DNA of 64,000 nt. It comes from Eutreptiella sp. 'Long Island Sound 2002' (taxonomy: Eukaryota > Protista > Euglenida). Each line of letters starts with the position of its first letter. The first letter of the stretch is position 1. The notes beneath the pieces were generated by a model, which was not told the origin of the DNA, ran no database searches, and was given only the letters and a program-made list of their open reading frames with translations. The position numbers and the translations under genes were made by a program. The stretch covers positions 30,132,001 to 30,196,000 of the forward strand of contig OZ038379.1 of NCBI GenBank assembly GCA_964036045.1. Direction: 5' to 3'. Of this stretch, positions 36,301 to 47,949 are shown in pieces.

Positions 36301-39300
36301 TTTTGAAGAAGTTGTTTTACTCGAGGAGTGCTAACGTCAGCATTGCGATTAGTATGGATGAGCTTTCAGCTCTGCGCAAGTGGTCCATTTGGTTGTTCCG
36401 AAAAACCGTGCTCGTAAAATCTTTTGCAAAATATTTATCACCTAGAAAATCGTACCAGGAGGAGAACATATCAATGGCAAGTAGGCTTGACCAACACGTC
36501 GATGTACACTTGGTTTTGTATAGGTTCCGGGCTACCATAGTTTCATCGGGTTCATGGAGGTATTACTGATTATGTATTTTGGATGCTTTGCATTTTTGCC
36601 CGATGTTGCACCGATCATATAGATCAAAGAGATCCATGCGGTAGGCTAATTAGCGGTTTAGAGCCAAAACAAATGATGAAATTCAAATTGTGAAGTTGAA
36701 TTCATTTTCAAGTTTCAAATTCGCATGTGGTCACAACCGGCATTGTGGGGGTAGCACATTTTGAGTGTTACGAGTTTTTGCAACCAAAGAAAGATGACCC
36801 ATTGAAAGGTCAAAATTGACCAATTGATAATCTCAATGCTTCGGTTCATGCGTACTTTCCGTTTGATTCAAGGCATGTTGGAGGCTGCTTTACCGTGTGC
36901 GAGTTTTGATGCTCAACTTGTCTATAAGATGCATTGTAACCAAACAAGCGCCTGTGATTCCGATGCTTGACCCGGCTGCAATTATCTGTGAGTACTTTGA
37001 GATCATCTTGTTGGTTTCTTATTTATGAATGTTAGGAATCCAGACTGTCAAATTTTTTTTCCTCTTCTTTGAGCGTGGTATGTTCATATTGTGACCAACA
37101 ATATGGGACGGTGCTAGGCGCAGCAACGCTACCAAATCATTTGCCGCGAAGACAATTTTCTGCTGCGTTGGTCTGTGCTATATTTGTGATGCTTACCAAA
37201 GTACAAGCTGTGCTCGATCCAAGTCGTGCAGCTCACTGATCATGGTCTGCACTTGCTTTGCAGCCAGAGCATTTAGCGGGTTGGGAAGATCCAAGAGGAA
37301 TTGCACAGGATCTAGTAATAAACCGATATACAATTTCAATTTTGCAAACATTGCCCGGTTGTAAATTGTGTATTGTATCAAGTGCCCCAAGCACCAAACA
37401 AAACCCAAATCTTGCAGATCTCAGGATCCTTGCACCGGTAAAAAGAGCATACGGAGACATTGATTTTCCGTTGGCAGGTGTAAAGCATATCTTGCTTGTT
37501 CTTTGAGATGGTTTCTTTATATGTAAATTAAAACAGCTTGGAACTTGGGTGAGCGGTCATCGCAATGGAGTTGAGACTCAAAAGAGGGCGTTCAAACCCC
37601 AGAAGGTCTCAATTTGGTTATGCACCCGTCCCTCATAATATGGGGATGCCAATCGCAATTGCGGGTCCTAATGGGGGTCAAAACAGCACATAGGCCGAGA
37701 CAAAAGCTGAACAAAGAAATGTACATACAATTTTTAGGGTATGTACATATAGGGGTAAAGCAGTGAAAGAGAGCAGTGCCCCCTCTATGGGGCCGGAGCT
37801 GTGTGGTTGTTCGGTTTGCCAAGATTTACTACCTTCAGCAAGAGATCTTCCACTGCAAGGCCAACAAGAAGGACTCCGTATGGGTAAACAAGGCCCGAGG
37901 CAACAAACAGGAGCCCAAGCCCCAGAAAGAAGACGTTAACAAAGAGAGTTTTCTCTACACCAATGGGAAACACAGGCATGAAGAGGATGAATTTCTTTAA
38001 ATCCATTTACGCCAAGCTTGGTTGAGACAAGCCACCCGAGGATGACGAAGCGTCGCGTTTCACCCTCTGGGACCACAAATTGCTCTAACAATGAAGATTG
38101 TGCATTCTTGCATCCTTGATTTGCTGCTGGCACAAGTAGAGAACACCACGTTCCCATGCCCCAATTGTTGAACAAGCCCTCCGGCAACGAGTTTCGCCTG
38201 AGGCTGTTGCAAATGTCCATCCGGCTTTGGCGCGGGGCTGTCCCAGCAGGCAAAATTTCACTCCTGTCAACTACAAGCAAAAGGGATTACTCAAGCTGTT
38301 GCCAATTACTAAAAGATTATGGCCTAAACGGCTGACGTGTTTTACATGGAACACTTTGAAGAAGACTGCCCATGCATGAGGCAGCCGTTTGATGCAGCTT
38401 TGTTGATGGACTACCGCCCCAGCAGGTATATCCAGATGCTTCCATGCAAAACCGGGGCCCTCACTTTGAAGATGGCGTGCAAGTGGGCTGCATCAGTATG
38501 TATGGATGTCTTCGTGGGATGTGCAAAATGAAATTCGGAGGGATTCTGGTAAGGAATTTATTGGAGTCTGCCCAGAGGGCATGTGCAGCTACATTGGGGT
38601 TCATCACCTCAAAGGAGAAGTCTATGACCACCGTGCCCTTCTTGCAGAGCAAGCAGGCAGCTTCATCTTGCCAATTCCTTGGAAAGTGATGGCGCACTAG
38701 AAGGACTATAAGGCATGTTGGGCACTTGTAATTGGTCTGAATCGGTTAATCTACCACCTTGAATGGTCCATTCTACAGTGCAAGATTCTTTGACTCGCCA
38801 CAAAGAGTCTTAGCGCTTTTCTTCAGCTGGACATGCTGTTCTTTCCAGAGAGGTTGGGCGTCATCTTGGTGAAAGGTGGAAACTTTCAGCCATTCAGCTT
38901 TGTGCTTGTTCTTAGCGGAGCGTATCTTCTCTTCCGTGCCTTACATCTTGTCAAACCCTGGGTTCTATCGAGGTCTCATGGAAGAGTGACGGATGCCAAG
39001 GGGCTGGTCCTAGTCCCAACTTTTCGAGGCCAAAGCCAACTTCATTCCGCGACAATACAGTGTAGTTGGGCGTCTGATTGTATTTTCTAGAGCAAACCAT
39101 AGACCAACTCCCAGTTGGTGTACCCCACTCAAGTGGAAGTACATCAACAAAGGGTCCACAGAGTCTAAGAGGACCTAAAGGGACAAAGCAAGCCCCTCTT
39201 TTCGATGTTCAAGTACTTGGCAGGCCGCAAGACAGACACTGTAATGGAATAGAGGGATAGACGGAGATCGCAGTCGCGATCGCAAGACAGTCCAACAGTC

Positions 39301-39472
39301 GCAAGAACTTCAAGAAATTAAATTATAAACGAATGGAACGAAACGAAAAGGTGTGCATCGCATTAAAGATTGTCAAAACATCATCGATGTATGGACCGCT
39401 AAACGGACAAGTACGCCCTACCCACGCCACCAACCTCTGAAAAACTTGTCGTCCTACTTTAACGGCCATAGG

Positions 39473-39900
39473 CTAAACTCGCCACTCATACAGCCCAAGC
39501 GGGGTGATGAAGGCCGTTAAGTGGCAGGAGGATGGGTGCATCTGATGGAAGCCATCCTCCAAATCGACCAAAGCAAAAACAGAATTACCCACTTGCCTAG
39601 CAAGCTGGTCTTCAATGACCGGCAAGGGGAAATTCACACCCTTCAGCTGGGTGTTGAAATACCTATAATCTATTACCAACCTCCGCTTACCGTTGGGCTT
39701 GGGGACTAAAAATGCCCTTGACACCCAATCTGTACGGCCAGTGCATTCCCTTGCTTCAAAAAACCTTGAACCACTTCATACAAAACTTGTTCCCGTACAC
39801 CGACCGTCCGAATAGCCTTGGCACTATGGGGTTTGGGATCACCCACCAACTCCAGATGCACAAAGGCTACATGTTCGGGTCCTCTTTTGGTGTTATCCAC
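39473..39900 (-). pseudogene. Gypsy-type reverse transcriptase, N-terminal domains
   Basis: VHLELVGDPKPHSAKAIR..VLYEVVQGFLKQG / SRAFLVPKPNGKRRLVIDYRYFNTQLKGVNFPLPVIEDQL..FALVDLEDGFHQM..TAFITPLGLYEWRV. Confidence 0.9.
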
Positions 39901-40114
39901 CTCCCCAAACTTTTTACGGGTAAAAACTGACTGCTGAAATTCTTCTACCAGGACTTTTCGCAAGTCCCCGCACTCTGGGAACTCGACATCAGCCTGTACT
40001 ACGGAAAAATTGCCTTGGGACGATAGACCGTCGCCCTTAAACTGAATACCCCGCTCCGGTGTAGGAAGAAAATTCAGTGGCTCCTCATGGAACACCTGTA
40101 ACAAGGCACTGTCA

Positions 40115-40531
40115 GTAACCCCCCCCCCCCTGAAAGTAAGACCGGGGGTCTTACTTTCATTCCGGCTGGTCCTGGGTCCCAAGAGGGGTCTTACATTTGG
40201 GGGGGGTCTTACTTTTGGGTTCAACCACTTTGCGGTCACTTCACCTTTCCCGACACAGAAAATGTCTGAGCCCATGCTTTTAGACGACCTGCAGCTAGAG
40301 GAAACTGACACCATTTACGAGGCGGAGTCGTCTGATGACTCAGAATTTGAAGTTGTTAAGGCTCTTGTCAACGATAAAGAGCCTGAACAGCCCAAAATGT
40401 GTTGCTGCCGTGCACGTGCCACTAAGGGGGTCTTACTTTTGGGACGGCTTGTCCTGAGCCTGCAAGGGGGTTTTACTTTTGGGGGGGTCTTACTATTGGG
40501 GTGGGGTCTTACTTTCCGGGGGGAGGATTAC
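40115..40531. mobile_element. MITE, 417 bp, inserted in Gypsy pol with a 2-bp CA duplication
   Basis: TIRs GTAACCCCCCCCCCCCTGAAAGTAAGACC and GGTCTTACTTTCCGGGGGGAGGATTAC. CA at 40113-40114 and 40532-40533. Internal GGGGTCTTACTTT subrepeats. Removing 419 bp restores the pol frame (DCEFA-DSALLQV). Confidence 0.85.
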
Positions 40532-40869
40532 CAGCAAATTCGCAATCTGACAAATCTTTGTCAGATATGCCCTGATCAGACTCCCCCTCCAACCCAAAGT
40601 ATTCAATCCAATAATACTGCTGACTACGGTCATTAGCCTTCTTATCAATTTTTCTGACTCGCCTACTGCGCTGACGGCGCTGCTGTCGTGTCAACCCTGA
40701 ATCAGACAACACAAACTGGCCGCCTGGAACGGCACAGAAATCTGATTCTGGGTCAGAAATGATGTCACTGTCACCTTCGTCAGAAAACTGTGAAGGCAGT
40801 GCTGAAGGAGCACTTTGCCAGACCTGGGGTTTTGGGTTCGGCGCTTGTTGAACTTGTGGATGTCCCACA

Positions 40870-41250
40870 GAATCAAAAGACACAACCCGGTAGGGCACCC
40901 TGCAGCAAACAGGTTGTCCTGCGGCATTAAGAAAAAGTGGATGGCCCTTGGGTATTTCAGCCCCATCCACTGCCACTTCACCGACAAGCCACCACCAAGT
41001 GGCTACCTTCACCACAGGCCTCATCGCAATACCACTGCTGGCTTCCCCCACCATTTTCTGGGCCACCTGAGGCCACTGACCGTTGGGGGACCAAGCCACA
41101 AAGTCTCAGAGTGCCATGGCTGACTGAAGGGGGTGCAACCTGATGGCAAGCATAAGCTTCAACTGTGATGGGCATACCCGCTCTGGTCATCCCAGCGGAA
41201 AATTTCTGTATTATGTTCGGATTGATGAATGCGCGACGAGTATGGCGCTC
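40870..41250 (-). pseudogene. Candidate Dam-like (DIRS-type) N6-adenine methyltransferase domain, degenerate
   Basis: PITVEAYACH / ..DFVAWSPNGQWPQVAQKMVGEASSGIAMRPVVKVATWWWLVGEVAVDGAEIPKGHPLF resembles vDxFA..w-nPPf..i.kvl.Ki..d.a.ailvvP.W..Ww.ll..lavd..lP..lF. The catalytic NPP(Y/F/W) motif itself is not intact. Confidence 0.45.
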
Positions 41251-41688
41251 CTGACGATGAACAAGACGTGCAAAAACAGATGTTACGTCCTGTTCTTGAG
41301 ACAACAGATTTAACGAGGTTAACCCATCTTCATAGCGATATGCTATATCAGGAACAATGTTGGGCACTTTCTGAGCAGGATAATCCGTGCACCTAGGGTA
41401 GCTCCAACCGGCCATAAAATAATCTGGGGCCCATGCGTTCTCAGGACTGTGTCCTGCTGAATTTGTTCTACCTGTATGGGAAAGGTCGCGCAATGCAACC
41501 TCCAGAACTCGCTCCGAGGCTTGTGTACAAGAAAAAGGTATGGAATGCACTGTCGAATACAAAGGCTGATGACTCCGCCTACACATTAACGCGCCAATAG
41601 TCAGTAAAAGCGCTCCAGCCAGGTCACCTGAGCCAGAGGCCAGTGGATCACCCACTGCAGACAAAAGAAGGGCAGCATCCCTGTTCAA

Positions 41689-41890
41689 TGAATCACCCAC
41701 CGAATCGTTTCGAGGGGGACTATCCCCTCACGGCGAATCGCCCACCGTGTTAAATCCAAGGGGAGCATCCCCACACAGTGAATCACCCACCGTGTCAATT
41801 CGAGGGGACACTTCCCCACGCATTGAATCACCCACCGCGTCAACCTGTGAAACTCAAATGCCTTGAGCATGCAGTTAATCACCCACTGCT
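41689..41890 (-). repeat. About 45-bp degenerate in-frame tandem repeat within pol
   Basis: GAATCACCCACCG-like core recurs five times at about 45-bp spacing. It encodes xDTVGDSxxGxxPxx units in the pol frame. Confidence 0.75.
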
Positions 41891-42051
41891 GAAGTCTGGC
41901 TCTGACTGCACCGCAAATCACCCGCAGCGCCACATTGAGAGAGAAGAGGAAGTAAAACACCATTCAACTGTAAAATCGGTGTGTGTTTGTGTGAATTAGT
42001 TTCCATTTCATTCATCAAAGGTTGATCACCAACAACGGTCAACTCATTGCG

Positions 42052-42447
42052 CCCCGTACCACCGAAGCCGTGGCTACCCCGCTCTGTGGAGGGCACCTCA
42101 GGCACCTCCTGGATATCGGGGGTGGAGTGGCGCTCCAGAATCAATTGTGCCACTCGATCCCCGGCGAGAAACGAATGCAGGCGGTCGCAGAGATTGGCTA
42201 CAACTATTTTCACCTCACCGCGGTAATCAGAGTCAATGACACCATCCAAAATGTGGAGACCCAGGTTGGCTAAACTACTGCGGTCAGCAAGGTGTCCACA
42301 ATGGCCCTGTGGGACACTAATTGCAAGTCCCAGAGGAATTGATTTCTGTGAATATGGACCAAGGTCTACAGCAATTGGGGTGTACAAGTCATACCCGGCA
42401 GCACCATCCGTCGCTCGCACTGGATGCTTGGATGAAGGATGCATCAT
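42052..42447 (-). CDS. dut: dUTPase domain within retrotransposon pol
   Basis: All five trimeric dUTPase motifs in one open frame: AGYDL, ADRSSLA, GVIDSDYRGE, GDRVAQL, RGSHGFGGTG. Confidence 0.92.
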
Positions 42448-42789
42448 CTTGACCTGCAAGGCACCCAGAACAGAACTGGAAGCCAGAGATGGCAATGTTT
42501 GGTCTGTAGTCCTGAACGGTGCCCAGTCACCCCAAAGTCTGACCTTTCGAGTAATGACTGGTGACACACTGCAATGATCACATGTCTGCAACCCCATAGG
42601 CGGTGAATCTGGGTTACATTCAAGACAGCAAAATCCTGTAACCAGCGGTTCTAAAAAATGCACTAACGTGCGTCGTCCACCAGCACTATCAGGATTCAGG
42701 GAACTCAGGTAACGTGTCTGATAGCCACCCGGGCCTTTCCTAATTTTCAGCAACCCAGTGGGTATTAAAACTTTCTTAGTGGGCAAAAA

Positions 42790-43090
42790 TCCCAACCTAT
42801 ATATACTGCAGGAGGAAAGGGTCCCAATAGGATACGATCACCCACTTCGGCAAAATGGAAGAACAAATTTTTGCATATTAAAACTGAAGTTCCCTGAAGA
42901 ACCAGGACTGGCAAACCAATATCAGTAAAAAGGCCCATATCACCACCGCTGATCAGTGACTTACCCGCCCCCACCACCCGCAACTTGTGCGGTGCCGGTA
43001 CCCAGTATGCTCGAGGAAACGTCCTGGACGAGGAGGCTGCCATCACCTGACAACCAAAGTTAGCCAGGGCAATCAGCTGTAGTACCTCAT
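42790..43090 (-). pseudogene. Retropepsin-like aspartic protease, catalytic motif decayed
   Basis: LIALANFGCQVMAA (position of L-D-T-G), LRVVGAGKSLISGG (flap-like) and DRILLG (C-terminal ILLG motif), lying between gag and dUTPase. Confidence 0.55.
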
Positions 43091-43299
43091 CAGGCAAAGA
43101 CGAAAACAATAAACGAACGGGAAACAGCAACACACCCCTAAGCTTACTCCGTTTATCCGGGGGGTGGACTGGATGGCGTATCTCAGATTTCAGGGATGTG
43201 AGGTCGACCGTTTGAACTGCCTTGAGATCAGGCCTTGAAAAGTCTGGGGGAAGTCTAATACGGCGTACCCGCACTGTCGCATATGGTTCAGCACGGCGG

Positions 43300-44292
43300 G
43301 CGTTATTGTGCCGACCAAACTCCTAACCTTGGACTTTTTTGATGGGCTGGGGTGGTGGAAAAAAAAACGCGGGATTCAGGCTCTGGTCGTCTCGAGGAAT
43401 CTGAGTTTCCTGCTGCTGGCGAGCCTCCGCTTCGGGCTGCCGAAGGCGGTGACGACCATATGACCGAGGGTGGGGACAATGGTATGACAAAGGGCCTCAG
43501 TTCCAACATCGAAAACAGATGGCACTGCCACTTTCCTTCCATTTGTCCTGGGGGTGGGTTTGTCATGGGCGACCCCCCGGAATGCTGCCGTTCCTGTGTG
43601 GACGTCGGCTCTCACGGCGCTTCTCATGGCGATTTGGCGTGGTGAATAGCGGGGTCACAAGAATAATTATGAGAAGGACTCCTACTGCGATATCTCGGCT
43701 CCCGATCCCGTCTCTAATCCTGACTGCTCTCTCGACGATGGTCCTGACTGCCAGTGCTTCCCTGGGCCTGCGTATCACTACCACGACGATCCCCCGAACC
43801 GTTCCAGCGTCGGTCTCGACTACCATCCCTACGTCAATCCCAACTGCTGTCCCGACGACGGTCCCGACTGCCATCCCGACGGCTCTGGCTGGGAGAACGT
43901 TCCCGGACAGCACCTTTACCACCACCATACTGGTGAGTGCCACGCCTCTGAGGCCGGCCATGGTCACGGTTATGGCTTCGGTCTCTACGCGAACCATACC
44001 GACTTGTCGTTCCTTCATTTCCCACAGCCCCAATCACAGCACCACTGGTGTAATGTTGGACCAATCCTTTCAAAAGAAACCGACCGTGGCGCCTAGCCTT
44101 GAGACTCGTCATAACAAACACATATGTCTCAAGGTATGTGAACTTCATATTACCATTGGAGGTTTTGGGCATACAGCAAATCATCCCTAACTTGGACCGG
44201 CGGGTTGGAAGGATCCATTTTTCAGTGTACACACAGATGGCCGCCAGGAATACACTGTGAGCCTCCCACATCTCAACACCACCCGTGGGCAT
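43300..44292 (-). pseudogene. gag-like region with Arg/Ser/Asp-rich repeats and a decayed CCHC knuckle
   Basis: RDRRRDGSRD-type repeats (43690-43900). At 43474-43518 an alternative frame reads CFRCWN*GPLSYHCP (CX2CX4[H to P]X4C). Confidence 0.55.
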
Positions 44293-44419
44293 ACGGCCAT
44301 GATTCGAAAACTGTACCGTGAAACGGTACCATTCATCAGGCCCACCATCACCTCACACAGCCTGTCCGTAAGCGAATTCCCAAAAAGACCGGTCCGGAAC
44401 ATATAGATTCGGGCCACGC

Positions 44420-44690
44420 GAGGCAGGCGACGGCAAAATGCGGCAGGGAGAGACAGGAAGGCGACAGGGGTGCGACAGGAAGACGACAGGGTGGCGACAG
44501 GAAAACAACAGGAAAGCGGCAGGAAAGCGGCAGGGAAGCGACAGGAAGCGACAGGCAGGGGACAGGAAGGCGAGAGGGGAGCTGCAACAGGAGGGCAACA
44601 GGGAAGCGACAGGGCGGCGACAGGCTGGCGACAGGGAGACGACAGGGAAGCAACAGGAAACAAGACATAGCGACAGGATAAGCGACGAGA
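44420..44690. repeat. Degenerate about 11-bp (GCGACAGGAAA-like) repeat tract
   Basis: Repeated ACAGG cores. A second tract of the same type lies at about 45400-45515. Confidence 0.75.
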
Positions 44691-44985
44691 AACAAGTGGT
44701 AGCGGAAGTTTATGTTCGCCGGTTCAATCGAATTGTGTCCAAGGTATTTATGCTCGTACGCAAAAGCCCAAAGCCAAATAGATGTATGTTTGATTCGTGT
44801 AGTAGATTGCTCTTTCATCATTGCACCTCAGGAGCGCATTGCTATTGAGAACGCATTCTCCAACATCAAGAAGTTTGGCCTTTTTCATCGAGTTAAGAGC
44901 CGAGGTGGGGCGTACAAATATAACTAGTTGACCTACTTCTTCTTGGCGGCGTGTGTACTACATAATTGTGAGATTCAGTTTGATT
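44682..44985 (+). pseudogene. PIF/Harbinger-like (DDE_Tnp_4 type) transposase C-terminus with an 88-nt GT-AG intron
   Basis: Splicing 44744-44831 (AAG|GTATTT..CACCTCAG|GAG) yields RRFNRIVSK|ERIAIENAFSNIKKF..AACVLHN, the fN..s..R..iE.aF..K and LHN motifs. Confidence 0.7.
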
Positions 44986-46378
44986 TGCAAAATGGTTGCG
45001 AGCCTACAGCTGAATGGCCATGCAAATGTGCATAGTAGATCACCAAGAGTGTTAGGAATTTAGGATTGTCAAACAATGCAAATGACTGGACCATCGAACT
45101 ACGATTTGCATCATTGCTTTGCACACCCTTGGGGAGGTTTGCTAAGGCGAGGTGTGACAATTTGGCATGAACGAAGAACATTTTTGTTACTATCAAACGG
45201 CCTGTTTGAGGTGTTTGAGGCTTTCCACGTCGAATTGCTTTGCACAGCCAAATCATGCCATTTGCATAGATAAATGGGACATCAGGGAATGAGACAGCAA
45301 GTATGGAGATGCTTGAGAGCCACAAGACGGTGAAACGCAAGGCAAAAGGGAAAGATCACAACTGCGACAAGGTTTCTTTTTTTCTCGGACCAGAAAGCGC
45401 CAAAAATGCGACAGGCAGGCGACAGGAAAGTGACAGGGAAGCAACAGGCAGGCAACAGGCAGCCGACAGAAAAGCGACAGGCAAGCCACAAGAATGCAAC
45501 AGGGGCAACAGACGGCTTGAGCTGTAAGAGCTCAAAAAGAGGAGGATCTAAAGCCCTATGTGGTTTAACTTATCTATCTGCATCAAAACGCCAATGCATA
45601 GCACGTGAATGCACCTGCATTGCAGGGGTTGGGACTCGAGGGCTTGAGTACACCGGCCTCACAGAAGGCGCCGTAGCCCTCCAAGAATGTGAATCCGGCG
45701 GTTGACCGAACAACACGTCGTATTGACTCTGAGAGGGTGGGGATGGAGATGGAGGTGGGAGGGCTGAAGACGACGTATGCACGGTTTGCATGCTGGGATT
45801 TGCATAAGGAGAATGCATGTAATTTGACGTTGATGCCTGGGAGTTAGAACTGTGTGCTGCGTGGAAGTTTGATTCTCCGGTCGCTGCACTCAACACCTTT
45901 GGACCTTAGCGTTCCGCACTAACATGCCTGGACCGAAGGCGATCAACTGCTGCCGACAACCCTTCAATTTCTTCACTCATGGAAGCATATTGACTCCCGG
46001 TGCTTTGTTGGATTCCATCCATGGTGGTAGCAAAACGTTCTTCCATGTCTTGAAGTTTGGAACTAACATCCTCAAACCTAGGGTCTTATACACGGCTTGC
46101 GGTGTTATTTCGACCCTTCAAACTCTCGTAGTTCTGCTGCACTATACCGAGGATATTCGTGGTTTCCTTATGGCCGCTTTTTGGTGAAAAGATGTGTTTT
46201 TTGGCCTCAGCCAAGCAGTTGAAGACCTCCCCACCCCTTTTTTTAGGGTGCTGGATGCAAAAAAGCATGTTGCGTGGGGACACAGGTCGCCGAAACACAA
46301 TTTACAGCATCCTAACTCTTCAAAAGGGTGTTTTTTTTATGCTGCAGGCTTTCGGATTTATGGACGTCATGAAATCCT

Positions 46379-47880
46379 ATGTGGGACCGCATTCCGCCCA
46401 CAGAAGGCGTAACTGCTCCAATATGTGTACGGGTATCTCACGCAAGGCCACGAAGGGAACAACCACTATGTACGCATGAACCCAGCAGTGACCGAGATCA
46501 TCCACCAGGGAATAAGCGTCTACGCTACCCGAAGGCTCCAACCGGCCACCACCACGCCATGGGCCACCACGGAGCAGGGGGCGCAAGTCCATGCCTACCA
46601 GCCGACGACGCCGTGCCGTCTGCCATGCCCGGACGACCGCAACACCGTCATCTTTGCGGATGCCTCTGGCACCATGAACCTCACCCCAGCAGCCGGGTGG
46701 CAGCCTTGGAGCTACGGACGGATACGGCGGGCCAACTACGCCAACACCACCTCACGGGGGCCACCATCTTCGGGGCCTCCTCTCATGGAGAACTAAAGAC
46801 GCTGGCCATCATCGTCGACGCCATCAATGACACCGACCAACAGCCGCGAGACCACACAAACCATGTGTGGGTCGTAGTAGACGCAGCAGTGGACTTCCAG
46901 ATCGTCCGCAAACTGGCCCGACAGCCCCTACACAAGGCAACCGACTCCAGCCTGGGCGCCCTAGCCCTACACCTCTGGGTGGCTTTACGGCACCTCCTGA
47001 AGCACGTCGTGTTACACCTCGTCAAACAAGAGTCCCATCGGTACGGCCTGGGCAACAGACACATAGACTTACACGCCCACAACCAGCTTGCAGAGCATAT
47101 GCCGGACGGCGAAGACCCGCCGCTACAAGACCACATGCATACACACCTCAAGCACCTGCCGCCAATCCCGCACCCCGCGGAACCACCAGCCTGGGTACCA
47201 GACGACCGGATCTACAAGGACACGGGACAGGCGTACCACTACCTGCAACCCATCCGCACCATGGCGCACATCCGAGGTAGCCACACCGACAACACCCTTA
47301 TGAATCGCCTCCAACATGAGCTGTAGACCGCGTTATACGTCTCAGCTCTTGACCCGTCCCTGCTGCCGGTACACCTACAAACAGGACATGCCCAACTTGT
47401 ACTTGAACAACTGCCCCTCCTGGACAGGGTGGCACGCTGGTATGACCGACGAGGTATAGACATACCCCCGGAATACACCATATGCCCCTGCCACCCCCAA
47501 CAGCCAGAGACGTGGGAACACTTCAAACAGTGCCCGCTGGCTCAAGGAGACAACCACCTAGCCACGTGGAAACCGGAGGACACCATTGCACAACACACTG
47601 GATGGGACCCGACCGCGGCGCCGGCAAATGAAGTCTGGCGCCTGATGCGGCAACCGGAAATCAAGGAGGCGGTGCTCAGGGGAGCTGTATAACCTCAGCT
47701 CTACAGGGTCATCGCCGACCACGCCCCAGAACCCAAAACCACAGTACGTCACATGCAACTCACCGCCGTCAAGAGGGCAGATGCACAGCTGCAGCACCAC
47801 ATCCAGCTGTACACACAGGAAGCACAACAGACCTCCCATGCCCACCGTATGTATTACAGCCTCCTCATCCATTACCAGCC
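46379..47880 (+). pseudogene. 3-prime part of a non-LTR retroelement with a divergent RNase H and C-terminal Cys/His knuckle
   Basis: VIFADASG..SSHGELKTL..VWVVVDAAVD..LVKQESHRYGLGNRHID (D-E-D-H-D pattern). Then TICPCHPQQPETWEHFKQCPL. Confidence 0.7.
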
Positions 47881-47949
47881 AGCGCAAACCAGCAACTAGC
47901 GACATACACTGACACACGGCAACCCCCGGGAGACTGCAACCGCACCATC

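Larger units (their letters stand above)
39473..44292 (-). mobile_element. Truncated Ty3/Gypsy-type LTR retrotransposon: gag - protease - dUTPase - Dam-like? - RT
   Basis: Domains are colinear on the minus strand (see sub-features). The dUTPase ORF and the 40978-41700 ORF are in the same frame, separated by point stops. RT is cut off after YEWRV. No LTRs, RNase H or integrase are recognised. Confidence 0.8.

Noticed and set aside
32300-37520. AT-richer region with short ORFs, possible decayed gene or transposase
   Set aside because: No family motif or consistent splice structure could be established by eye.
37780-39100. Cys-rich decayed frames (YKCPTC, ACLLCKKGTVVID) as a possible KDZ/CxC transposase
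   Set aside because: Too fragmentary. No catalytic motif could be recognised.
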